A stretch of DNA of 58,092 bases from an uncultured Nitrospiraceae bacterium. GTDB taxonomy: Bacteria; Nitrospirota; UBA9217. The notes under the pieces were generated by a model. The model had not been told where the DNA came from. It did not search any database and saw only the letters and a list, made by a program, of their open reading frames with translations. This document shows, piece by piece, positions 38,227-47,560 of this stretch (its first letter is position 1; the number at the start of each line of letters is the position of its first letter). Location of the stretch: contig CAYILT010000001.1 of assembly GCA_964364055.1 (NCBI GenBank), positions 2,584 to 60,675 on the forward strand, read 5' to 3'. The position numbers and the translations under genes were made by a program.

Positions 38227-38940
38227 ATGGACAAAGAACAGCAGGAACACAAGGCGGAAACAAGCGAGCGGGACATGCTTGCCGGACGCATACTCTACCT
38301 TGAGGAGCGCCTCGACAGGCTCGAAGGAATGCGTGGCAAGGCCGGAACTGTTCCTTATCCTGCCTGGCCTCTCGCCCTGGGATTCGCCGCCCTGGCGTTC
38401 GGATACCTTGGAATGGGCCTGCCGCGGCACCCCTACCAGTATCTTTTTTCCGGCCTTCTTGTGCTCCTGGCGTATCACCGCGGTTTCCTGCGCCTGCCGG
38501 GGGTCCCCTGGCGGTGGCCGCAGATCGCCGTGAACTTCCTGTCACTGGCGCTGTTCCTCATGATCGTGCTGGGAGGCGGCGTCCGGCTTCCCTTCGCTTG
38601 GATGAGGTCTCCGGGTGTCGTAAAGACCCCGACTCCCGAAGAAGGCTCCTGGTACCGCGCGGTCATTCCTGACTACTCGATCCAGTGGAACAATATCTCC
38701 GGGGTCTCCGACTGGAGCATCGACGTCACGAAGATCCAGGCGTTCCTGCTGATCGCGACGCTCGCGGGGGCCTTGTTCCGTTTTCAGGGATTCACCTCCA
38801 TTACGGCGCTGGCGCTGCTCATCGTTTCCATCCCGGTCTATCTCACCTTTACCTGGGACTGGGTGGTGCTGTTCCTCCTCTGCGGCGGCGTTTCCCTCTA
38901 CCTGCAGTCACGGGCGAATATGCCGCTCCATGACTCGTGA
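38227..38940 (+). CDS. Hypothetical integral membrane protein
   Basis: N-terminal coiled segment followed by about 6 hydrophobic segments. Confidence 0.6.
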   Translation: MDKEQQEHKAETSERDMLAGRILYLEERLDRLEGMRGKAGTVPYPAWPLALGFAALAFGYLGMGLPRHPYQYLFSGLLVLLAYHRGFLRLPGVPWRWPQIAVNFLSLALFLMIVLGGGVRLPFAWMRSPGVVKTPTPEEGSWYRAVIPDYSIQWNNISGVSDWSIDVTKIQAFLLIATLAGALFRFQGFTSITALALLIVSIPVYLTFTWDWVVLFLLCGGVSLYLQSRANMPLHDS

Positions 38941-39040
38941 CGCTTTCCGACGGCCGCGATGAAAGAGGATTGAACGATGTCGAAGAACCTCATGGTGCGG
39001 CTCGGGGTGATACTTTCTTTTTGATCCCATCTGCGGTATC

Positions 39041-40204
39041 ATGGTCCACATAATGGGCCGGCCAAGTAAAAACCCTTCACCCCCTCATACCGCGTCTCTG
39101 GCGGAGGATGTCGCACGTCTTTCCCGTCTTCTCACCCGGGAGCGCGATAACCTGCCGCATGCCTATCTCCGCGACCAGGGGCTCCGGAATGCCTACCTTG
39201 CCTACTTCCTGCCGCCTAACCTCGCCAAGATACAGGTGCCGCTCCGGGAACTCTCTCTCCATCCCGCCAACCTTCTCGCTAAGGAACGGCTGCGGGTCCT
39301 TGACCTGGGCGCCGGTCCCGGGACGTCCGTCCTCGGCATCCGGGAGTTCTTCAGGCAGAGAGGGAACGGGCAGTATCTCGAATTCACCGCAGTGGATCAA
39401 GTGGGCGAGAACCTGAAGGAAGCCGAGGCCCTGTTCCGGGAAGCGGGCGGGAGAACGGACAGCCGTGCGACCCTTGCCACGGTCAGGTCCGGCATCGAGG
39501 CGATCGCGGGGCGTTCGGGCGGACCCTTCGACATCATCGTGCTCTCTAACGTGCTGAACGAGATGTTCCTTCGGGAAACGGACCGCATTAGGAAGCGTAC
39601 GGAGCTGGTCAGGAACATCTTGGAGCGCCTCCTTGCCGCTGACGGCAGCTGCATCATCATCGAGCCGGCCCTCCAGGAAACGTCGCGCGAACTGCTCATG
39701 GTGAGGGACGGCATGGTGGACGGGGGATCGCACGTATATTCACCCTGCCTTGTCCAGGGGCATTGTCCCGCGCTGGTGAATCCCAAGGACTGGTGCCACG
39801 AGGACCGGCCCTGGGACCCGCCGGAATTGGTCCGGGAACTTGACGCGCTCACGGGCCTGCGGAAGGATTCATTGAAATTCTCCTATCTCATACTGCGCAA
39901 TGACTCCCGATCGTTTGCGGACGCCTGCGGTACCAAGAGCTACCGGGTGGTGAGCGAGCCGCTTGCATCAAAGGGCAAGCTGGAGTTCTACTTTTGCGGG
40001 AAAGAAGGGAGACGGCTTGCGACGAGGCTGGATAAGGACGCCTCCCCCGCGAATGGCCCTTTCGAGCGCCTTCGGAGGGGAGACGTTGTCCGCGTTGAGG
40101 GCCTGGTCATCGAGGAAAGGCGCTTCCGGATAACGAAGGAGTCGCGGGTGAAGCCGCTCTACGCATTCCCTCAGGACCGGACGCAACGGTTGCCGGTGAT
40201 ATGA
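39041..40204 (+). CDS. SAM-dependent methyltransferase, Rsm22-like
   Basis: VLDLGAGPGT SAM motif I, IIVLSNVLNEM and downstream Cys residues (CLVQGHCPAL...WCHE). The family call is from memory. Confidence 0.55.
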   Translation: MVHIMGRPSKNPSPPHTASLAEDVARLSRLLTRERDNLPHAYLRDQGLRNAYLAYFLPPNLAKIQVPLRELSLHPANLLAKERLRVLDLGAGPGTSVLGIREFFRQRGNGQYLEFTAVDQVGENLKEAEALFREAGGRTDSRATLATVRSGIEAIAGRSGGPFDIIVLSNVLNEMFLRETDRIRKRTELVRNILERLLAADGSCIIIEPALQETSRELLMVRDGMVDGGSHVYSPCLVQGHCPALVNPKDWCHEDRPWDPPELVRELDALTGLRKDSLKFSYLILRNDSRSFADACGTKSYRVVSEPLASKGKLEFYFCGKEGRRLATRLDKDASPANGPFERLRRGDVVRVEGLVIEERRFRITKESRVKPLYAFPQDRTQRLPVI

Positions 40205-40911
40205 ACCTCATTCTTCTATTCCCTGACGACATGGTGACTGATGCACGCGCGCGGATCACCGGCCGCCGGCTCCGGCATGTCCTCGAGGTCCATCGCGCGG
40301 GAGTCGGTGACGAACTTGTTGTCGGTCTGCTGGGCGGACGGATCGGCACGGGCAGGGTGGAACGGGTGGACGATGCTCTCCTGGAGATGGAAGTCAGCTT
40401 CGACCGTGACCCGCCTGCCGGGCTTCCGCTCACGGTCGTTCTCGCTCTCCCGCGGCCCAAGGTGCTCCGGCGCGTCCTGCATTCCCTTTCGGTCATGGGA
40501 GTCAAGCGCATTGTGCTCGTCAATGCGGCGAGAGTGGAGAAGAGCTACTGGCAAACGCCGTTCCTGTTGCCGGAGGCGATCGGCCGGCAGCTGGTGCTCG
40601 GACTCGAACAGTCCCGCGATACGTCACTGCCGGAGGTGCTGCTCAAGCCGCGTTTCAAGCCCTTCGTAGAGGATGAGCTTCCGGGAATGATCAAAGGTTC
40701 TCTCCCGCTCGTGGCCCATCCCGGAGGCGCCGCGACGTGTCCGCGTGACGTTCGCGGTCCCGTGACCCTTGCGATAGGTCCGGAAGGGGGCTTTGTCTCC
40801 TACGAGATAGAGAAACTGGTTTCACTCGGCTTCACACCGGTCAGCCTGGGGGAACGGGTCCTGAATGTGGAGACCGCCATCCCCGCGCTTATTGGACGGC
40901 TGATGTCCTGA
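40201..40911 (+). CDS. rsmE: 16S rRNA (uracil-N3)-methyltransferase RsmE family
   Basis: N-terminal PUA-like domain (RHVLEVHRAGVGDEL), ALPRPK and C-terminal IGPEGGF...E...L...GF..VSLG.RVLNVETA. It overlaps the upstream gene by 4 nt. Confidence 0.8.
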   Translation: MNLILLFPDDMVTDARARITGRRLRHVLEVHRAGVGDELVVGLLGGRIGTGRVERVDDALLEMEVSFDRDPPAGLPLTVVLALPRPKVLRRVLHSLSVMGVKRIVLVNAARVEKSYWQTPFLLPEAIGRQLVLGLEQSRDTSLPEVLLKPRFKPFVEDELPGMIKGSLPLVAHPGGAATCPRDVRGPVTLAIGPEGGFVSYEIEKLVSLGFTPVSLGERVLNVETAIPALIGRLMS

Positions 40912-41065
40912 TGCAAGAAAAAGCTGGAACCTATTACAATCTCTCGTATAATCGTGTATCAGGTACCTCCGCGGTGAGCCGAAGGCTCATGAGCGGTTTG
41001 CTCCACAGTGAGCAGAATTTGATGGGTCCCTGGCTCATGGTTTCTCGGTACTGCCTACATTCACG

Positions 41066-42910
41066 ATGAAAAAGAAGATCCTCATCATAGTCTGCATCTT
41101 TACCCTGCTCGCAGTCGCAGGCGGCGCAGCACTCATTTATTCGATTAAACACATTTCATTGAATTTGAATGAAGTGCTCTTGCTGCACCAAGTTGAGATC
41201 CAGCGGGAGCAGCTCCTGCTGAAGGTTCACCAGGTTCAGGAAGATCTGTATTCGCAAAGCACGAGACATCCGGAAAGCGCCGAGGTCATGATCGGTCGCG
41301 TGAACCGCATGGGGGTGGCGATCACGGACTGCTTTCGTTGCCATCATACGGAGAGCGTTACCGAACGATTGTTAGATCTCCAGCAGCAGATCGGCCAATT
41401 CGATGACCAGCTGACAAAGACCCTGTCGTTAAGAGCGAAAGGCAACCGGTTTCTGGAGGAGCGGGAAGAGGCGACTCTCATTGGGGATTCACTCATCAGC
41501 AAGATCAACACCATGATCATCCTGACCAACCAGATGCTCGCTGAACGGATTGAGCGCTCACGGCAGTCTATGAGGTGGTCAGAACTCATTGTGATAGTGC
41601 TCGTCATTTGCGGCCCCCTGATGGTCGCGGCATTCGGTTTCACGACGCTTTACAGCTTTGCATCTCCGATACAGATCCTCCTCTCTGCAACGAAGCGTTT
41701 GAAGACCGGCGACCTGGATTTCCGGGTTGCCGGCCTGAAGAACGAGTTTGCGGAACTGGCGGTGGCTTTCAATGACATGGCCAGCGCCCTTCGCGAGCGC
41801 CTGAAGGAAATAACGGAGAGCGAACGCCGCTATCGCCTGTTGTTCGAAAGCGCGGCAGACGCCATCTTCATTCTCGATGCCGAAGGGGACGGTGCGGGCA
41901 AGATCGTTTCCGCCAACCGGTCTGCGGCAGCGATGCACGGCTATCCGGTGGAAGAGCTCACGTCGTTGAATATACGGGACATTGATGCTCCTGCTGCGGC
42001 GCTGCAGTCATACGAGCGGATCGAACGGTTGCTGAAAGGAGAATGGATAAAGGCCGAGATCGACCATGTGAAAAAGGACGGCACGGTGTTTCCCGTTGAA
42101 ATCAGCGCCGGAGTGTTCGAGTTCGACAATCACAAGTATATCCTCGCTATCGACCGGGACATGACGGAGCGAAGGCGGGCTGAAGAGCTGCTTCAGCGGG
42201 CGGAGCATCTCAGGACCACCGGTGAACTTGCCGCCGGACTGGCGCACGAGATCAAGAATCCCCTTGCGGGCATCAAGATAACGATGGAGACCCTCGCCGA
42301 GGAATCCTATCTCCTGCAGGAGGACCGGAGCGTTCTTTTCAAGGTCATCGATGAGATCAAACGCATCGACGGATTGATCAAGGACCTGCTGAATTTCGCA
42401 CGGCCTCCCCGGCCGCACTACAGGGCAACTGATGTGAATGCTGTTCTCGATGCAGCCGCGCAGCTGGTGATGCAGAACCGCACCCAAAAGGAGGGCGTCT
42501 CCCGCACGATAGATCTCGTGAAGGATTTCGCGCCTGACCTTCCCGAAATCATCGCCGATCCGATGCAGCTCAGGCAGGTGTTCATGAACCTCCTCATGAA
42601 TGCCGTCGATGCCATGCCCGAATGCGGCTCCGTGATCTTGAGGACATGCTTCGATGAGACCGTGTGCGCTATCACCGTTTCCCTATCCGATTCCGGGAAA
42701 GGGATGGACGCCGCGGGCCTGAGCAAGATATTCCAGCCTTTTTTCACGACCAAGGCAGGGGGGACCGGCCTGGGGCTGGCCATATCTAAACGGCTGATCG
42801 AGGAGCAGGGGGGGCAGATCGCCATCGAAAGCAGCCTGGGGACGGGAACGACGTTCAACATAACACTCCCCTGTAACCGCGGAAAGGAAACACCACGTGA
42901 TCAAGGTTAA
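41066..42910 (+). CDS. Sensor histidine kinase with a CXXCH motif in the periplasmic helical domain
   Basis: TM1, a helical loop of about 150 aa containing DCFRCHH (nt 41330-41344), and TM2. These are followed by HAMP and PAS (RYRLLFESAADAIFILD) domains, the H-box LAHEIKNPLAGI, the N-box NLLMNAVDAM and the G-boxes DSGKGM and GTGLGLAIS. Confidence 0.9.
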   Translation: MKKKILIIVCIFTLLAVAGGAALIYSIKHISLNLNEVLLLHQVEIQREQLLLKVHQVQEDLYSQSTRHPESAEVMIGRVNRMGVAITDCFRCHHTESVTERLLDLQQQIGQFDDQLTKTLSLRAKGNRFLEEREEATLIGDSLISKINTMIILTNQMLAERIERSRQSMRWSELIVIVLVICGPLMVAAFGFTTLYSFASPIQILLSATKRLKTGDLDFRVAGLKNEFAELAVAFNDMASALRERLKEITESERRYRLLFESAADAIFILDAEGDGAGKIVSANRSAAAMHGYPVEELTSLNIRDIDAPAAALQSYERIERLLKGEWIKAEIDHVKKDGTVFPVEISAGVFEFDNHKYILAIDRDMTERRRAEELLQRAEHLRTTGELAAGLAHEIKNPLAGIKITMETLAEESYLLQEDRSVLFKVIDEIKRIDGLIKDLLNFARPPRPHYRATDVNAVLDAAAQLVMQNRTQKEGVSRTIDLVKDFAPDLPEIIADPMQLRQVFMNLLMNAVDAMPECGSVILRTCFDETVCAITVSLSDSGKGMDAAGLSKIFQPFFTTKAGGTGLGLAISKRLIEEQGGQIAIESSLGTGTTFNITLPCNRGKETPRDQG

Positions 42911-44291
42911 CGGCAGAATTCTCTTTATCGACGACGATGAGCTCATCGGGACGATGCTCTCCCGGTCACTGAAGAGCAGCGGATACGAGGTCCGCGTGGA
43001 GACCGGCGCCGAAGGCATTGTAGACAAAATTAAAACATGGTTCCCCGACATCGTGCTCCTCGATATCAACCTGCCGGGACGGAGCGGGATCGACATCCTG
43101 CGGGAGATCGTGGAGCAGAGGGTCGCCACGCAGGTCGTCATGCTGACAGCCGATGATTCTGCCGAGACGGCCGTGAAGGCGATGAAGCTGGGCGCGGCGG
43201 ATTACCTCACCAAGCCGTTCAACATCGAGGAAATGAAGGTCCTTTTCCAAAATATCCTCGAGAGGGTGAATCTGACCCGGGAGGTCGACTATCTCAGAAA
43301 GGTCCGTGCGGAAGCGTTCGATCGTGAGATGATCGGCGTGTCGGGTGTGATGATGGAGCTGAGATCGATGGTGGAAAAAATGGCCGCTGCCCGCGTTTCG
43401 AGCCTTCTCATTACGGGAGAAAGCGGGACCGGCAAGGAGCTCCTGGCCAGGTACTTTCACGGCTTGCTGCACGGCCCTGAGGAAGACAGGAGACGGCCGT
43501 ACATCGCGGTCAATTGCGCGGCGCTGCCGGAGCACCTGCTGGAGAGCGAGCTTTTCGGCTACGAAAAAGGATCGTTCACCGACGCCAAAACGGACAAAAA
43601 GGGCGTTTTCGAGCTTGCGAACGGGGGCGTGATCCTGCTCGACGAGGTCGGTGAAATGCAGCCCGCTCTCCAGAGCAAGCTGCTGCGTTTTCTCGAGGAA
43701 AGACAGGTCAGGCACATCGGGGGAGCTGAGAACATCCCCGTGAACGTCACGGTGATCGCTACGACGAACAAAAACCTTTCCGATGCGGTCCAGAAGGGCG
43801 CATTCAGGAGCGACCTGTTCTACCGGCTGAACAGTTTTCATGTCACCATGCCCTCTCTCCGGGAGCGCAAGGAGGACATTTCGCTGCTGGCCCGGCATTT
43901 CATCTCCTTGTTCCGCAGGAAGTACAAGAAAAAAGGCATTGCGTCCCTTTCACCGGAAGCAGCAAATATCATGGCTGCCTATCAGTGGCCCGGGAACATC
44001 AGGGAACTGAAAAATTGCGTGGAACGACTCGTTGTGCTCGGGAACGAGGGTGAGATACGGGCTGAACATCTGCCGAGGGCGCTGACCAGCATGCTGCCGG
44101 CAACTGACCGATCCGCGGAAAGGCGCTTTGTCCTGCCCGATGCCGGCATATCCCTTGAGGACCTGGAGCGGGACATCATTCTCCAGGCGCTCGAAAAGAC
44201 GAAGCATAACAAGGCGCAGGCCGCAAAACTCCTGAACATCACCTACGACACGCTGAGATACCAGGTAAAGAAATATGGATTGGAAGAATAG
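42897..44291 (+). CDS. Sigma-54-dependent response regulator (NtrC family)
   Basis: REC domain (DIVLLDINLPGRSG). The AAA+ domain has GESGTGKE, ELFGYEKGSFTDA (GAFTGA variant) and GAFRSDLFYRL. C-terminal Fis-type HTH AAKLLNITYDTLRYQ. Confidence 0.92.
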   Translation: MIKVNGRILFIDDDELIGTMLSRSLKSSGYEVRVETGAEGIVDKIKTWFPDIVLLDINLPGRSGIDILREIVEQRVATQVVMLTADDSAETAVKAMKLGAADYLTKPFNIEEMKVLFQNILERVNLTREVDYLRKVRAEAFDREMIGVSGVMMELRSMVEKMAAARVSSLLITGESGTGKELLARYFHGLLHGPEEDRRRPYIAVNCAALPEHLLESELFGYEKGSFTDAKTDKKGVFELANGGVILLDEVGEMQPALQSKLLRFLEERQVRHIGGAENIPVNVTVIATTNKNLSDAVQKGAFRSDLFYRLNSFHVTMPSLRERKEDISLLARHFISLFRRKYKKKGIASLSPEAANIMAAYQWPGNIRELKNCVERLVVLGNEGEIRAEHLPRALTSMLPATDRSAERRFVLPDAGISLEDLERDIILQALEKTKHNKAQAAKLLNITYDTLRYQVKKYGLEE

Positions 44292-44320
44292 GAGCGGACC
44301 GGCAGGTATCTGGAAATGGC

Positions 44321-44698
44321 CTACTCTTTTCCCGCGACGGGGCGGCTGGAAAGTTCCGATACGAGTGCCTGCACCTGGTCGAGGTCGAAAGGCTTCGGAA
44401 AGAAATGGCAACCATTGCTGCGCAGAGATCGCAGTTGTTCTTCGCTTAGAACACCAGCCGTCATGATGATGATCCTGGTCGCCGGTGAACGTTCACGGAA
44501 TATCTTCATCAGCTCGAGGCCGTTCGTGTCGGGAAGCTGCACATCGAGAAAGCAGATGTCATAGGAAGCGCGTTGTATCTCACTGAGGGCATCCTTTCCA
44601 TTGGTGACAGCCGTCACGTCGGTCCCGCCGTGCTTGAATGTCTTGGACAGGGAATATAAAATAAGAGCTTCGTCATCGACAAGCAATATATTCGTCAT
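44321..44698 (-). CDS. Single-domain response regulator (CheY-like)
   Basis: ILLVDDE, ICFLDVQLPDTNG and KPF receiver motifs. Confidence 0.85.
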   Translation of the reverse strand: MTNILLVDDEALILYSLSKTFKHGGTDVTAVTNGKDALSEIQRASYDICFLDVQLPDTNGLELMKIFRERSPATRIIIMTAGVLSEEQLRSLRSNGCHFFPKPFDLDQVQALVSELSSRPVAGKE

Positions 44699-45016
44699 AG
44701 TCCCAGAGTCCTCAGTATATAACCCTTCTTTTCAACTATAGTGAACGCGTTCTGAATTTCGGAACAGCGGCTCTTGCCTTGACCGACCACCTAATCTGAC
44801 CGCAATCCATGCTTCCTGATAGCCGCTTCTAAACACAATAGTTCATATTGATGCAGAAAGTTATTATAGCAAATTCTTCGGTGCAGGTTATCGCATGAGC
44901 ATAAGAGCGCAATTGAGGGGTTTGTAATATTAATAATTGGTCATTTCACCAGACAGTTTGACGATGCAGAGAGCTTTGAGAGAGATTTATTCAACAGAAA
45001 TAAGTAGATAGATATA

Positions 45017-45032
45017 CGGTATGGCAATTGCA
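45017..45032 (+). promoter_or_regulatory. Weak candidate sigma-54 promoter
   Basis: cGGtatggcaaTTGCa has correct GG-to-GC spacing (12 nt) and a perfect TTGCA -12 element. The -24 half is CGGTAT rather than TGGCAC. It lies about 350 nt upstream of the barrel gene. Confidence 0.2.
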
Positions 45033-45086
45033 CTATGTTATAGCATTATAGGATTGTTAGTTATTTGGTATGGCTTGGCACACATA

Positions 45087-45108
45087 GATTATATCCTGAT
45101 TATATCCT
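45087..45108 (+). repeat. Perfect tandem 11-mer (gattatatcct x2)
   Basis: Read directly. One helical turn per unit, inside the AT-rich leader. Confidence 0.6.
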
Positions 45109-45383
45109 GCGCAAACGTGATGTAAACAGCTGACAATTATAATCGCCAATGGATACAGTGAGATCGTGACAGATTTTGCATGCGCTTCCTTTGCGGACGA
45201 GCGGCAGTGCGGTCCCTGTGCCTGCCTTCTTTTCTTTTCTCGTACCGCTTCATCGTTTCCATCGTTTCCTATGTTCCTGTTTGATATCAAAGCACCACCG
45301 TAACGCCGCAGATGGGATAGTCCTGGTCGTGCTGCGGAAAGCAGGATCAGGTGCATCTGCAGTTCCATGGAAAGGAGGTATAG

Positions 45384-46619
45384 ATGATAATGCAGCACTC
45401 AAGAGGTAACGTGCTTGCAGTTCTCTTGTTCATCGCGGGACTCGTCGGTGCGTCAACTGCCGCTGCGGCAGAGCTCCACGGTCAGAGTTCCACGCAATAC
45501 CTGTGGTTCAACGACATATTCACAGGAAAAGAACGGGCAGAACTGGCGGAGTATCTCAACGTGTCCGTCACCAAGATCGACAGCGAAGGCCGTTTGACGA
45601 TCAATGGCTCGGGTCGTGGTACGTACGAGCTTCGTGACGCCGGTGACGGGACCAAGGACCTGAAAGGCCGTCTGTACTACCTGTATGCTGATTATCGAAA
45701 TCTGGCTGACAGGATCGACCTTCGCATTGGACGGCAATTTGTAAACTATGCAGCGGGAAGCGCTCTTGTGGACGGCGGAATGATCGAGTTGAAGAACGCC
45801 GGACCTGTTGCGTTTTCGGTGATGGGCGGCCGCTACGTGTTCTTCGATCTGAACGGAGAAGGCGGGACATCAGATGACAAGGTGTTCGGCATGGCCGCGT
45901 ATCTGCAGGGTGTTAAGGGTACCGATGCCGAGATCAGTTACTTCGTGAAATCCGACAAGGATGGGACCGCCCGAGAGCAGATGGGCTATTCCTTCAAGCA
46001 GTACGTGCTTGACTTCATGAAGGTCTACACCAATGGCCGCTATGACCTCGTGAGCCAAGTGTTCAGCGAAGTGCTGTTCGGGGCGAAGTACTACCCCACG
46101 GCTGACCTGGTGGTCACGGCCGAAACGTACCAAAGCTATCCGACCTTCGATGCTACGTCCATCTACGCTGTCTTCGCCGTGTCCCAGTACCGCGAGAACC
46201 TCCTGCGCGCTGATTATACGATCACGGAAAAGATAGGGCTCAATGCCGGATATACGTGGCAGGACTATGACGGCGACGACGCGAATGTGTTTGAGATCGG
46301 CGGCCGTTTCCTGCCGATCGACCGGCTGCGGATTAATGTGAATTACGACAAGCGGAACGGCTATGGCGGGAAACTGAACGGGTATGCCGTTGAGGCTTTC
46401 TTCGACCAGTCCAAGCAACTCGAACTGTCCGCCGGAGTGCATCATGATGTCTATGAGCGCGATCGCTCGACCGGCCAGGAGACCGCAAGCAAATACTGGA
46501 TCGGTGCAAAATATCAGATCGAAAAGAACATCTCCGCCCTGGCGCGGATAGAGGACAATGTGAACGCCCGGTATAATCATGATAAACAGGGACGCATGGT
46601 CCTCAACTACAGTTTCTAG
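45384..46619 (+). CDS. Outer-membrane beta-barrel (porin-like) protein
   Basis: Signal peptide ...STAAAAE, GGAGG upstream, composition rich in Y/G/D/N with alternating hydrophobics, and the terminal residues VLNYSF. Confidence 0.7.
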   Translation: MIMQHSRGNVLAVLLFIAGLVGASTAAAAELHGQSSTQYLWFNDIFTGKERAELAEYLNVSVTKIDSEGRLTINGSGRGTYELRDAGDGTKDLKGRLYYLYADYRNLADRIDLRIGRQFVNYAAGSALVDGGMIELKNAGPVAFSVMGGRYVFFDLNGEGGTSDDKVFGMAAYLQGVKGTDAEISYFVKSDKDGTAREQMGYSFKQYVLDFMKVYTNGRYDLVSQVFSEVLFGAKYYPTADLVVTAETYQSYPTFDATSIYAVFAVSQYRENLLRADYTITEKIGLNAGYTWQDYDGDDANVFEIGGRFLPIDRLRINVNYDKRNGYGGKLNGYAVEAFFDQSKQLELSAGVHHDVYERDRSTGQETASKYWIGAKYQIEKNISALARIEDNVNARYNHDKQGRMVLNYSF

Positions 46620-46634
46620 AAAGGGGGGTCATCA

Positions 46635-47528
46635 GTGAAAAAGATACTTATAGCAATCGTGCTTCTGGGATGCGCCCTGGTGTATCTCCAGCCGCAGTCT
46701 TTCGGCGAACGGGCAGCATTGGCCGAGACCGTTGCGGCACCGGCCCCCCAGGAAGCCGTTCCTGCCGCTGTGAACGCGGCGCAGCCCCCTGCGGCAACTG
46801 CTCCTCAGGCCGCGGAGCCGGTACCTGTGGCGGCGCCTGTAATCGCCCCGGCGGCACCGCCGGCAATGAAGGCCGAGCCGGCTCCGAAGGCGCCGGCGGC
46901 CTCAAGCAAACAAGCGCATGCAGATTATGCAAAGATGGCCATCAAAGAATGCAACACCTGTCACAAGGCCGAAGGTATTGCGCCCAATCATGATGCGGAC
47001 TTCATCTCGCGCGGGCACAGCGTCCTGGCGGGCAGGGCAGGGAGCAACTGCAGCCAGTGTCATCAGCAGAACTGGTGCCTTGACTGTCACCAGGGTGGGG
47101 GCGATGGTACACCTACGAGCAAGGGCAACTATGGCCGCGACTATAAGCCGAAGAGCCACCGCAGCGACTTCATCAGTATGCATCCGATCAAGGCCCAGGA
47201 CAATCCGCAGACGTGCAATCGCTGCCATGAAACAAAATACTGCAATGACTGCCACAGCCGCTTCCCCAAGGGCTCGCTGCGGATCAAGTCGCATATGATG
47301 CTGGGTGTGAACGGGCAGCAGTACACCGCTGTGTTCGGAGAACATTCCACGGAGGCGCGCAGAAATCTTCAATCCTGCCAGGCGTGCCATCCGGAAGGGG
47401 ACGTCTGCATACAGTGCCACAGCAGCGGCAAGGTCCGACCGCATCCGAGAAGCTGGAAAGCGGGCAATTTCAAGAGCAGAACGAATGAAAAAGTGTGCTT
47501 GAAGTGTCATCTACCGGGAACGTACTAG
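46635..47528 (+). CDS. Octaheme c-type cytochrome with N-terminal anchor and Pro/Ala-rich linker
   Basis: Eight CXXCH motifs: CNTCH, CSQCH, CLDCH, CNRCH, CNDCH, CQACH, CIQCH, CLKCH. The N-terminus MKKILIAIVLLGCAL carries a possible lipobox. The linker is about 65 aa of A/P/V/Q. Confidence 0.9.
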   Translation: MKKILIAIVLLGCALVYLQPQSFGERAALAETVAAPAPQEAVPAAVNAAQPPAATAPQAAEPVPVAAPVIAPAAPPAMKAEPAPKAPAASSKQAHADYAKMAIKECNTCHKAEGIAPNHDADFISRGHSVLAGRAGSNCSQCHQQNWCLDCHQGGGDGTPTSKGNYGRDYKPKSHRSDFISMHPIKAQDNPQTCNRCHETKYCNDCHSRFPKGSLRIKSHMMLGVNGQQYTAVFGEHSTEARRNLQSCQACHPEGDVCIQCHSSGKVRPHPRSWKAGNFKSRTNEKVCLKCHLPGTY

Positions 47529-47560
47529 AACTATAATAATTTGGTTAAGGAGGATACGCC

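Noticed and set aside
45076-45092. A perfect TGGCAC -24 element lies in the leader of the cytochrome cluster.
   Set aside because: The sequence 5 nt downstream is GATTA, with no GC dinucleotide at any spacing from N4 to N6. It therefore does not fit a -24/-12 promoter.
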